Positions 52,352 to 64,000 of a stretch of 64,000 nt of DNA are shown here, piece by piece. Position numbers and translations under genes: made by a program. The notes under the pieces are model-generated. The model did no database searches. It saw only the letters and a list, made by a program, of their open reading frames with translations, and was not told the DNA's origin. The stretch is from Heptranchias perlo. Its lineage: Eukaryota. Numbering within the stretch: position 1 is the stretch's first letter; the number at the start of each line of letters is the position of its first letter. Location: the NCBI RefSeq assembly GCF_035084215.1, contig NC_090340.1, positions 14,756,001 to 14,820,000 on the forward strand, read 5' to 3'.

Positions 52352-53067
52352 ATCGGATGGCACTCTCCGCAGTTCTTATTTTCCAGTTATAAATGTCTCT
52401 CTCACGCCGAAGTAACCCGTGAAATGAAGGTTTCGCCTTTAATTAATAGCTCCGATTGTGATTTAATAAATTTCTTGTAAACCGTACGAGTAACACGAAT
52501 CAGAGAACTGAAGGCTGGAAATTGAATTGCTTTCGTGTTTGGGGATAATTGGGAGAAAGGATGTTTGTCGAAGGCGTTTCGCCGTCGCAGTTTATTTCTC
52601 GGGTTACACTCTGTAACAGGGCGGGTGGTGGGGGGCGCCCGGGCGGTTGTGGGCTTGCGATTCCTCTTTTCACTGTCGGTAGTGATACTGTGTGAGCACA
52701 TTCTAAACGTTTTGTTGGGTCGGGAATACTGGGCATAGAAAGTCTTCACAAACGCATTTACTATTCGCTACAGAGACCAGAGGAATGCTTCCCCATGCTT
52801 TCCAATTCTTGCAAATAGCGGAAATAGAAGGAAGTCAGGTTTCGAGATTTGATACAGGAAACAATGTAAATCATGAACACAATCTGTATTGATTAAACTG
52901 TAATTTGTTCGCTTCAACATAAACAAACAGATATTTAGCTCTCTGATACTGTTATAGCCGGTCTGAATTCATATTTGTCCATTTGGAAGGCTCCGTCACA
53001 AAAGGGAATAAAGTTCTAAATTGCAGAATATAGCAAGTATTAACTTTCTTCTTTGCTCCTTCACCAG

Positions 53068-53378
53068 CTCCCCCAACTCCCCTGAGGATTGTCTCCAAAG
53101 CATCTGAAAGTAATGTATCTGTTTCTTTCACTCTCGTGTGTGAAATGGCTGCATTTTACCCGGAGGGACTGACTACCACTTGGTATAAAAATGATAGAAG
53201 CATTGAGATTGGAATACGTACAACTAAACAGCTCACTAGAGCCGGGATGTATGAAGCTTCCAGCTATCTTGAAGAGACACAGCCTGTTCAGGGAGGGACT
53301 GTCTATGTCTGTCTGGTTTCTCACGTGACCCTCCCGATTCCACCATGGCGATTTACTTGGTTCCCAATTCTAATGCAG
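53068..53378 (+). CDS. Copy 3 C1-set exon, with a 1-nt deletion near 53340
   Basis: TLVCEMAAFYPEGLTTTWYKN..YVCLVSHVTL. The ancestral G strand MAIYLVPNSNA is in the shifted frame. Confidence 0.9.
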
Positions 53379-53599
53379 GTAAGATGTCACTTTTCTTACA
53401 AAAACAAACATCTGTCAGTAATCTGTGAGTGCTTTATTGCTCGATAATGGAAATTTGCCGTATACATCATTGAAAGGGAAACATGTTGGAAATGTCGTTC
53501 CAAATAGCGTACAGTGGAATTTATCCCCAGCGTTACTTTTTTTGTAAAATTACATCAGTATTAAGAATATTGAAATTGAATGGTTAAAACCTTTACAAT

Positions 53600-53725
53600 G
53601 GGCGGAACTTTCAACTTTGGTGGGGCGTAAAACTGGCGGTATGGGAACGTCTGAGCGTTACACAGACTGCTCGAATTTCCTTTCCATTTGTTTCCACGCG
53701 CCTGCCGAAGTTGAAACTTTCGCCC
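53600..53725. mobile_element. MITE, 126 bp, with about 30-bp imperfect TIRs and a 3-bp AAT TSD (PIF/Harbinger-like)
   Basis: GGGCGGAACTTTCAACTT...AAGTTGAAACTTTCGCCC, flanked by AAT on both sides. Confidence 0.7.
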
Positions 53726-54724
53726 AATGCACGTGCACCCGGTCAGTTCAGTAAATCTTTCAACCCGGAAAACATTTCTACAAAAGATAATTTTTCCCAT
53801 TAGGTCACGTTTATTGATCAAGATTCACACTTCATTCAAACCGCGTTAAGTTTCCCACCCCAGATCAAGCACCACTGATTTAGCGCCACATGATCGAAAC
53901 GCCAAGCAGCTTAATTTGGGTCAGAACAAGTCTGTGACCTGAGTGCTGAAGTTCTTTACTCTGAAGTTTCAACTGAGTAAGAATTTCACTGATCCCTTTA
54001 TGGCAAATGTATATATGATCATTTCCAGTGTTCGCTATCTCTAGTGAAATGGGAAACGGCTATTAACCAAAGTTTTGTTGGGGACCAAATACTGGCTATA
54101 TATTTCTTCTTGGAATAGTGGCGGTCATATAGTTTTGAACAAATGGGGCGTTGATGAAACAAAGGTACGGATGGGGAAATTTCAGAAAAATATTCAGCCG
54201 AGAAAAAAAATCATGGCTTGACATATCTAAGAGGAAATCTTCACGAAAGAAGTTACGATATAAACACACATATTGACGAGGACAATTATTATTTGAATTA
54301 ATTAACTACTAAAAACTAAAATTTAAGTTTTAGTCTCATCAATATAAACTGCTCTTGTCCCACAGAGTGATAAACAAATACGGAGACTAGAAACCGGTCA
54401 GCCTTCTGGAAACATAGAACAAAAAGGGGGTGAAGCGGTAGCTCAAAATGGGCCTTCGTGAATCTGCCGCCGTTTTACACTCCGCCCATTTTGTTTCCCA
54501 CTAGCCCGTTTTCTGACGGGTGATAAATATGATCCCCCCCCCTCCCCACTTTCGATAGTTTGAAAAGGCGATGAATCAGCCAGTTTGATTACCCATGCTA
54601 AACTGTGGGGATACTGTAGATGTAAACAATTGTTCAATTATTCGATTCTGTTTAAGGCTCTGACTGCCAATGGCATCCGTCACAATGCACAGCTCCATAT
54701 ATGAATTTTATATTAATCTTGCAG

Positions 54725-54844
54725 GCATTGACAGTACTTCGCCCTCGCCTTATTTACGGATCCTTGGATTGGCGGGGTTTGCATTGGCGTTTCTGGTGCT
54801 GGTGATCACCATTGGAATGTTGTTCAGATTAAGTATCTGTAAAG
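54725..54844 (+). CDS. Copy 3 transmembrane exon (ILGLAGFALAFLVLVITIGMLF)
   Basis: 120 nt, phase 1-1, homologous to 30812-30922, intact in the ancestral frame. Confidence 0.85.
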
Positions 54845-55493
54845 GTAAGATATCGCCCGATGGTTTAATTTAAACAGAAAATACAACGGACAGAGAGGGC
54901 TAGTCAGCAGGGAGAGAGGATTTATCTTCGCTATAACTTAAAGGTCAGAAGTTTTGTCGGCGCGGGAATAGAGCTCTGGTGCTTGTTGAATATTGAAATC
55001 GGTTTGTGGTCCTGAAATTGATCTTAGAATGGTATTAATTTAAAGATGGATTGTATTCCCGCTGCGCTGCCTCCCACCTCATCCAGATCCGGAAATTGGT
55101 TCTTTGTTATCCATAGGGTTAAATATACCAGGGGATGAACACATCTTAAATTCCTCTCTCCACAACTTTAGGCAGGGGTGTCAGCCCGTTTATGTTTTAA
55201 AAGAGAAAGCAATTTTGCATTAGTATTGGTTCACTGCGTAAATCCACGATGCGGAATTTTAATGATTTTTTTGGACTTTTCCCTCACTCTAAGTTGACCT
55301 TCGCTGTACTTGCTGAATCACATCGGGCATCATTCACAATGAAGTTTTAAATTTTGTGTTTTACTCGGCAGAGAGAAAAGATGAAGCAAACATTTGTGAA
55401 GAACCCATAAGTTTATAACATTAATCCGTTGAATTTTTTAAGTGTAACGTGAACATTTTGTGTTGAACTGAGAACTTTTCAAATATATTTCAG

Positions 55494-55527
55494 ACCAGGA
55501 TAACTCTTCTGTAGATTTACTCTTTAT
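55494..55527 (+). CDS. Tentative copy 3 short cytoplasmic exon
   Basis: TTTCAG acceptor and GTAAGT donor. Its phase does not match the terminal exon. Confidence 0.35.
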
Positions 55528-56694
55528 GTAAGTTTGCGTGCTTCTGCAGCTAACTTACATCAGACTGGGACATCGCGATACCTGTCAGCATGAAGTACTC
55601 CCAAATCAAGGTTCGCGCAGAATTCGTACCGAAATCCGTTGTCCAGGCACTAAGTGTACTCCGTCTGCCCAGTTCCTATTTTATTAGCCCTGCGTGTCAG
55701 GGCCAATAACATAGTCTGGGGACACCCCCAGTGTGGGCTCGTTCCGTCACAGGTCTAGTGCCGGCTGTAAAGAGAGGACATTTGAGCGTAATCCCTTGGC
55801 CGCAGACCTCTGAGAGCAGCAGCCAGCAGATTTCAATCCCGAAGAGTGGCTTGGAAACTTGGAAAAAGTATCCAACTTACCTTTTAGGGTTCTGATTTGG
55901 TTTGATTCAAGACCTTTTCAGGCTGCCTATTCTGAGGAGAGGAGGGGGTTCCGGCGCAAGCCGAACGTCATCTTCATGCGGCACCTTAGATACCGAGAAT
56001 TCTTCGTATAGGAAAAAAGGTGGAAGATCTGGCGCTTCCTCTACCCTGAAGGAGGCTGCGCCTACTGCAGCCCACAGATCCCAGCGCAACATAACGGGGA
56101 TGAGACCCTGAAAAATTGGTCTCTATCCCCATTTTCCTGACATTTGCGCCCAAGGACAAGTCATTTCCCAAAGACAAAGATCCGGAAAATCGACCTTAAA
56201 CGAAAATCATACCTTCGGGACGTGCTATAGATGTTTTACCTTTAAAACTCGATATAATTTCTCCTGAGATTGGCTGTTTAGATTCAATTCGGCACGGGCC
56301 AGCACCAGCAACAAATTTCTGCCCTCCTCCCACCCTCCACCGCCGCAATCCCCACCCCCGCCAAGGCGAGCTCCATACTGCAATTGGAAACCAAGCTTGG
56401 GGGTCTCCAAAGAAATTTCAAAAGGTTGCCAACGAAAATATTGCTGGGGTCAACGGTCCACTAGTGAGTGTCCACAAAGGCTGCTGCACCAAATTAACAG
56501 GTTTACGTGTTTCTTATCCATCATGTAAATCTTGCTTGAGGCATATAGAATGATTAGATTCATACTCCACGCTTGGGGCACCCAGAGTGGTGTGAGGCGA
56601 TGTCTTGGAGCAGGGTATGGAATTTCAGAATTTGTGCGTTAAATTGAAACGTTTGTGTTGCTATGCAAACAAAACCAGTTCATATCGACGAAAA

Positions 56695-56810
56695 TTGGCA
56701 ATATTTCCGAAATTACAACTGCAACTACACTTCAAAAGTACTTATTGTCTGTGAAGCGCTGTGGGCCGTCCTGGTGTCCTCAAAGGGGCTAAATAAATGT
56801 AAGTTCTTCC
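56695..56810 (+). mobile_element. DeuSINE 3' fragment
   Basis: ACTACACTTCAAAAGTACTT..GTGAAGCGCT..ATAAATGTAAG. Confidence 0.6.
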
Positions 56811-56869
56811 TTCTATGTTCAGCGTTCGGAAATAAATTTAAGTTCCCAGGGCCTCACTAATATTTATAT

Positions 56870-57310
56870 CACTCGAATGATAGCTGGGATGGGATGTTTT
56901 AGTTTTGAGGAGCGACTGGAGAAACTTTTTTCCCGCTAAAACTGAAGAATAACAGAAGAAGATCTGATAGAAGTGTTCAAATTATGAATGATCTCACGAA
57001 AGTAAATAAGGAATATCTATTTCCTGTGACCCATGAGTCGGCAACTCGAGGACATAAATTTAAGATCATCACCAAAAGGACACAGGTACGAGAATTGTTA
57101 TTTTGCCAGAGAGTTGGGACATGAAATCCCTACCAGAACCGCTGGTGGAATCAGAATCCATAAAAACATTTAAAAGAGGAGCGGATAAATGTTTCAAAAA
57201 GACAAAAAAACAAAAGCATATGGCGAAAGGGCATGGGACTAAGACTAAGTGGATACCTCTTTCGGACAGGCGGCACAGGCAAGAGTATGTAAAATTCTGT
57301 GATTCTAACA
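56870..57310 (+). mobile_element. Decayed CR1 3' end
   Basis: EERLEKL, TRGHKFK and FKRGADK remnants. Confidence 0.65.
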
Positions 57311-57640
57311 CGATAACACACACATGAATTGTGAAACAGTGGATGTAATGAACAATAAATACTGTATATTGTAGACACTGTCTTCTGGATAATTGAACTA
57401 TATTAACAATCATTATGGATTTGGGATGATCTATAGCTTTACTTCCAAAGTACTTATTATAGGAGAATGGATGTTTTGTAAATAAAACGGCTGTTGCCAG
57501 AGGTAACTGGCCAACTCAATAATATAAATATAATAATCTAAAGACTATTCAAATATCATGGAGACGGTACTCTATTTCATCAAGCATTACGTAGATTGAT
57601 GAAATTAACGAGATAACGTTACAATGCATTGCTTTTACAG

Positions 57641-57820
57641 AGCTTGCAAACAGCAGTTGATAACCCGATGACTTACGCTGCCGTCGTTCTGCCTGGTTCT
57701 CAGAAAAATGGAAAACCGAAAAGGAAGGAAAGGAGCACAGAGTGCTTAGAGATGAAGACGATACACTAGAGGAGAGAAGCACCGATCGTCCATACAGAAC
57801 CAAGATTCGAATTATACTAA
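57641..57820 (+). pseudogene. Copy 3 terminal cytoplasmic exon (MTYAAV, STECLEM, stop at 57767, IVHTEP)
   Basis: TTTTACAG acceptor. Motif spacing matches 33836-34006 and 5278-5449. Confidence 0.7.
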
Positions 57821-58759
57821 TTCTCGATGTAGTCGCCATTTTACTTCTCTACGTTGGCCGTATCTATCCACGTGAAATACAATGCCCTCTGCTTTCGTCA
57901 ACGTCAGTCCCTATTATCACCCAGAATAATTCCAGCCCAATATTACATCTACAGCTGTTCCAAAATAGTACTTGTTATAAGCGAATATTATTTTGTAAAT
58001 TGAATGAGTGCTGATTTCGTTAATTAGCTGTTGTTGTCGGTTAATATTATTATACTTTCATGACTGCCAATCCAACAGGCATAACTGTTCTCACCCTGTT
58101 TTAAAGTAACCACAAGAAAGCAACAGCTTCTTTATTTTAGAGATTTTTATTCAAAGTTAATGCTTATTTCTTCCCAGTGACACTTTATTTCAAGTCTGCT
58201 GTAAATGAATTACCTTGTTTTTATAAAATGTTCTGCAATCTGCCACAGATACAGTCAAGATAGAAGATAAAATATATCTCGGGGCTCCTCAAAGTGGAAA
58301 ACTTCTTTACGGAACATATGGGGCTTCCACTTCAGACATTCTTCACTCCCAGGTTGAGTGTAATATAGCCAAATGTAGCACACAGCTGGTTTTACCCTGT
58401 TCCTGCCCCTTAGCCCAAACGTCAGATGAGCACTACCAACAGATATAGATATTTCCATCCTACACCTCCCTTCGCCCACCTCCTGCGGGGCATCTTGTTT
58501 TTTTATGTTTTAGGCTCCTGGCCAATAGAAATTGTTCCACGGCTGTCCCATGCGCGTTTCATGTAGGAAGCTCCGGGAGGAAGAAAATAGGAACAGATCC
58601 TTCACCCTGGCATGCATTCACCCAGAGCTGAAAGTATTGAAAGTACAATATATCAACCCACCACAACAGCAATTTCTTCATTCTTGCTATCATTGTATGT
58701 TGTCCTGCGACTGGTCTCACTAAAGACAAAGGTAATGATGATCGCCTCCCACCACAATC

Positions 58760-59480
58760 TCCATGCTTTACCCGCTAATCCCATCAGCATCCAGGATTCC
58801 CGTTCAGATTCCACCTGACAGTGCATTACATAGCAAGCTCAGCCCTGAACTAAGCTTTGAGTCCGACATCCAGTCGGTGACCAAAACCACCTACTTCGAG
58901 TTTCATAATGTCACCTGTCTGAATCACCAGCTCACCCCACTACCTTTAAAATCCTCACTTTGCCACTTCCAGACTGGACTTTTCCGAGGCCTTTCCGAGC
59001 ACTCTTCTAAGTTTCACCCCACTCCCACACATTGGATCCAGAACTCCGTACCACATTCTTCCCTTGAAAATTGCCATTCACTAATATCCCCGTCATTCAT
59101 GACCCGCATTGCCTCCCTTTCCCTCTGTGGATGGATTCAAAATCCTCATCCTTATCTGCAAATACCTCCATCGTCTCACTGCACGCCATCCCTCCTCCGA
59201 CCTTGCTCTCAACTACTGCTTTCCAATTCTGCTCTACCACACATCCCATCCTCCCATCGGTAGCAGAGTCGTCAATCATCTGGACTTCAGCACAATGGAG
59301 TTACCTTCCTAAACATTCCACCATCCTACATCTCATCCACCTTCAAAGCAATCTCCGGGAAGGTGCCACCGATCACCTCCTCTAATGTTCTTCCTGCTTC
59401 AGATTAGATCTGACGCACAACTGTGAACCCCTTTGGAACATTTTTCTATAATAAATGCGCTATATAAATGTAATTTGTCG
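58760..59480 (+). mobile_element. L2 LINE 3' fragment
   Basis: PELSF..IQSVTKTTYF, IQNS and FKILIL; tail GCGCTATATAAATG. Confidence 0.75.
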
Positions 59481-59564
59481 TCTGTAAATAGGAATGAGAC
59501 ATAATTGTACAAGGTAGTGATTAATATCGTCGATATTAATATACTAAGAAGGCAGCTCTCCATG

Positions 59565-62500
59565 TTACATAGAATTACATAGAATATACAGCACAGCCAT
59601 TCGGACCAACAATTCCATGCTGGTGTTTATGCTCAACACGTGCCTTCTCCCTCCCTCTCTACTTCATCTAACCCTATCAGCATAGCCTTCTATTCCTTTC
59701 TCCCACACGCGTTCATCTAGTTTCCCCTTAAATGCATCTATGCCAGTCGCCTCAACTATTCCTTATGATAGCGAGTTCCACATTCTAACCACATTCTGGA
59801 TAAAGAGGTTTCTCTTGAATTCCCTTTGGATTTATTAGTGACTATCTTTTAATTAGTTCTGGTCTGCCGCACAAGCGGTAGCATCTTCTCTATGTCTACC
59901 CCATCAAATCATTTCATAATCTTAAAGAATCAGCTCACCACTCACTCTTCTCTTGTCTAGAGAAAAGACCCCCACCCTTTTCAATCTTTCCTGATAGTTA
60001 TAACCTCTCCATTATGGTATCTTCCCAGTAAATCTTTTTTGCACCTTCCCCAGTGCCTCTATATCCTTTTTATAATATGGAGACCAGAACTGTTCACAGT
60101 ACTCCAAGTTTGGCGTAATCAAGGTTGCATAGAAGTTCAACACAACTTCTCTGCTTTTCAATTCTATCCATCAGAAATGAACCCCAAAGCTTGGTTTACT
60201 TATTTCATGGCGTTATTAATCTGTGTTGCTATTTTTAGTGATTTGTGTATCTCTACCCGCAAATCCCTCTGCTGTTCTACCCAATTTAGACTAATTTTCC
60301 AAGGAGTATGCGGCCTCCTTATTCTTCGTACCAAAATGTAATACCTCACATTTATCTATGTTGAAATTGATTTGTCAATTACACGTACATTCTGCAAGTT
60401 TATTCAGTTGATGAGTTATCTGGTCTGCGTCAAGTTAAAACATTTACCAGTACAAGTGCTGATGGTGTTCACAATTCTGTTACTTTTATCGATGTGTCTT
60501 GGCATAATCAGTGAGCGTTTACAGTAGAATTGTGACAGGTATTATAGATTAATATTATAAATGAATTCAAATTTTGTCGTAGTCGTCCACAGTATTAAAT
60601 ATACTGCCTCCCTCCCACCCCGCACAATTTGGTGTCACCTGCAAATTTTGAAATTGCACTGAAGATTTTTGAGTCCAAGTCATTTATGTAAATGGTGAAC
60701 AACAGTAATGCACTGATCCTTATCGAACACCGCTTCCCACCTTTTGCCAGTCTGAGTAACTACCTTTAAACCCGACTCTCTTTTCTGTTTTGTAGCCAGC
60801 TTGCTATCCATGCGGCTTCTTGTCCCCTGACTTTTTTTTTTATTCGTTCACGGGATGTGGGCGTCGCTGGCGAGGCCAACATTTATTGCCCATCCCTAAT
60901 TGCCCTCGAGAAGGTGGTGGTGAGCCACCTTCTTAAACCGCTGCAGTCCGTGTGGTGACGGTTCTCCCACAGTGCTGTTAGGAAGGGAGTTCCAGGATTT
61001 TGACCCAGCCACAATGAAGGAACGGCGATATATTTCCAAGTCGGGATGGTGTGTAGCTTGGAGGGGAACGTGCAGGTGGTGTTGTTCCCATGTGCCTGCT
61101 GCTCTTGTCCTTCTAGATGGTAGAGGTCGCGGGTTTGGGAGGTGCTGTCGAAGAAGCCTTGGCGAGTTGCTGCAGTGCATCCTGTGGATGGTACACACTG
61201 CAGCCACAGTGCGCCGGTGGTGAAGGGAGTGAATGTTTTGTGTGGTGGATGGGGTGCCAATCAAGCGGGCTGCTTTATCTTGGATGTTGTCGAGCTTCTT
61301 GAGTGTTGTTGGAGCTGCACTCATCCAAGCAAGTGGAGAGTATTCCATCACACTCCTGACTTGTGCCTTGTAGATGGTGGAAAGGCTTTGGGGAGTCAGG
61401 AGATGAGTCACTCGCCGCAGAATACCCAGCCTCTGACCTGCTCTCGTAGCCACAGTATTTATATGGCTGTTCCAGTTAAGTTTCTGGTCAATGGTGACCC
61501 CCAGGATGTTGATGGTGGGGGATTCGGCGATGGTAATGCCGTTGAATGTCAAGGGGAGGTGGTTAGATTCTCTCTTGTTGGAGATGGTCATTGCCTGGCA
61601 CTTATCTAGCGCGAATGTTACTTGCCACTTATGAGCCCAAGCCTGGATGTTGTCCAGATCTTGCTGCATGCGGGCTCGGACTGCTTCATTATTTGAGGGG
61701 TTGCGAATGGAACTGAACACTGTGCAGTCATCACCGTTGCCGACTCTACATGCTCTGATCTTAATCATGAGTCTCCTATGCGGTACCGTATGGAAGACCT
61801 TTTGAAAACCAAATACATCTACATCTACTATATTACACTGGATAATTCTTTCTGTTACTTCTTCAAAGAATTCAGTAAGATTGCTCAAACAAGACCTTCC
61901 CTTTTGAAATCCGTGCTGACTATTCTTTATTATATTTTCAGTTTCTGGATGTTTTTCTATTACATCTTTGAGCAAGGATTCCATTATCTTTCCTACCATC
62001 AACGTTAAGCTAATTGGTCTATAGTTCTCTGAACTAATTCTGTCTCCTTTCTAAATACAGGAATCAGATTAGCTGTTTGCCAGTTCTCTGGCACTACCTC
62101 CTTTCCTAGTGAATTTTTATATATATGTAATGGTGCTTCTGTTATGTCTTCCCTAACTTATTTTAATATATACGGGTGCAATCCATCCCGACCACGGATT
62201 TTGTCCTCTCTAAGTTTGATTAGTTTATCAATTAACTCCCCCTTTCTTTCTTAAATCTCTTTATATATTTTGTCCCTTCTTCGAATTTCATGTCCATCAT
62301 ATCAGTATCACTTTTAAATTGCAAAACAATTATTTAATATTTCTGCAATTTTACTCTCATTACCTGTGAGTTTATCGTGTGCAAACATTACTGGGCCTTA
62401 CCCTATCCTGATTTTACTTTATTATTTATGTGTCTGTAGGATACTTTACTATTTCTTTTTATATTCCTTGATAATTGCATTTTGTCGCTGCTCGTAGCCT

Positions 62501-63470
62501 TCCTGATTGTTTTTATGACTTCTTTCCTGACATTTTCATCTTCAATTTTGTCATCCTCTCCTTTGTTGTCTACCTACTTAATGTATGCCTTTTTCTTTAG
62601 TTTCAAATTTGCCCTTATCTTTTTATTCATGCATGTTGTATGGTTAGTTTGTTCTTGGTTTTTAGTGAGATATATTTCTCCTGAACTCAATTGATCACCA
62701 TTTTAAATGTTTCCCACAGCTGTTCTAGTTCATTTTTTATCTGTAAATTTTCCAGTTTGTTTTCCCTCGTGCCATTCTGATCCCAGCAAAATCAGCTTTT
62801 TTCAAATATATTACTTTGGTCTTTGTCTTACTTCTGTCCTTCTCAATCGTTAGCTGATAACTAATGATGTTGTGATCGCTATTGCCTAGATATTCCCTGA
62901 CGCTTACTTCTCTTATCTGGTTCTGGTTCATTTCCCATTACGAAGGGTTCAGTGGCCTACTCCTGTCCCTGCGCTTGACTGAATGTATGAAACACAAGCT
63001 CTCTTTTTCGGCTTTTTACATACTGGGTAAGAATGGAGTCCTGCACACATTGTAAAATTCCATTCCTTGTACCCCTTTACCTAACCCCTTTTGCCAGTTT
63101 ATTTGCGGATAGTTTAAATCTCCCATGATTATTATTCTATGTCCTTTACTCATTTCATATATTTGCTTACATATTTCTTCTTCCACCTCCTTTCCAATAT
63201 TAAGTGGTCTGTACTATACCCTATTAGCATGACCGAGCGCTTCTTGTCTTTTGTTTCAATACATATGGATTCTGTTTCAATCCTTCTGTTAGTTATGTCC
63301 ATTTTTCCATTGCCATTATGTTATCTCTAATTAGTACAGCTGCTCCACCCCCTTCTTCCTTCCCTATCCTTTCTGATTATGTTATAACCTGCAATACTTA
63401 GTTTCCAGTCCTGCTCTTGATGTAGCCATATTTCAATTATTCCTAATGCAACTGGTTCTTCGCTACTGAT
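59565..63470 (-). mobile_element. Degenerate CR1 LINE (endonuclease to 3' tail)
   Basis: LGNSDHNII, SQHGF..SCLSNL and a CATAGAAT tail. Confidence 0.82.
60832..61733 (-). mobile_element. Young 5'-truncated family A LINE nested in the CR1
   Basis: Near-identical to 48353-49253, with a poly(A) tail and GACT on both flanks. Confidence 0.92.
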
Positions 63471-63599
63471 GTAACTTTTTGTACAAGAAATTCCCATGAG
63501 ATAATATTATTGACTAAAATGAAAGCCTAGGCAACTTTTGCATAGGCAAAGAAAGTAAATGCAGCCGTTCCCTATACTGGACCAGCGCACATGAAATAG

Positions 63600-63870
63600 T
63601 AAAATCAGAAACATTTAAAACGTAGTTGTGTCACATTAATGTTTTTTCACACAAAGACTAATGAATCTCTGGAACTCTCTCAAAAAGCTATGGATACTGG
63701 GTCAATTGAAATGTTATGATTTTAGATCGATAAATATTTGTTGGGTAAAGTCTTTCAAAGGATTTGGAGCAATAGCAGGTAAATGGTGGTAAGCTGCATC
63801 TCAGGCATAATCTCATTGAATGGCGGAACAGGGTCGAAGGACTGAATGGCCTACACCTGTTCTTATGCTT
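63600..63870 (+). mobile_element. CR1 3' end fragment
   Basis: CTCTGGAACTCTCT..TGAATGGCGGAACAGG..GGCCTACACCTGTTCTTATG. Confidence 0.65.
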
Positions 63871-64000
63871 GAGTGAATGTATAAAAGACATTTATTGTAT
63901 GCCATTTCCAAATAGTTCAGGAATGCACCTTGTGATGTGATACTATGTCATACATCAATAGTTTGCATTTATAAAGCGACTTTAAATTAGAAAGAGGCCG

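Larger units (their letters stand above)
47007..57820 (+). pseudogene. V(J)-C1 IgSF receptor copy 3, frameshifted at the end of C1 (pseudogene, secreted form or assembly indel)
   Basis: Exons 47007-47061, 47147-47464, 53068-53378 (311 nt vs 312), 54725-54844, 55494-55527 (tentative) and 57641-57769. The shifted frame stops at TGA 54803-54805. Confidence 0.8.

Overview
Eukaryotic, repeat-rich vertebrate DNA; the CR1/L2/DeuSINE content and gene style point to a cartilaginous fish (inference). The main content is a tandem cluster of three same-strand (+) non-rearranging immunoglobulin-superfamily receptor genes, reconstructed by hand from GT/AG boundaries and exon phases. The architecture is leader - germline-joined V(J) domain - C1 domain - uncharged TM - cytoplasmic exons. 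Aligning the three copies reconstructs an ancestral tail with five tyrosine motifs (ITIM/ITSM alternating, SIRP-alpha-like). Copy 1 (690-5449) is a deleted pseudogene. Copy 2 (27932-34006) has an intact ectodomain and TM, but a 1-nt frameshift and point changes remove most tail motifs. Copy 3 (47007-57820) has a 1-nt frameshift at the end of C1. The spacers contain many CR1 LINEs (SGNH-esterase ORF1) and a second LINE family with a partner tRNA-SINE sharing its 3' tail. They also contain a SINE>LINE>LINE nest with two uninterrupted RT ORFs, a solo LTR with 117-bp internal repeats, a decayed retrovirus-like element with two RNase H-like domains, a MITE, an intronic inverted duplication, and a possible decayed antisense Ig V exon.
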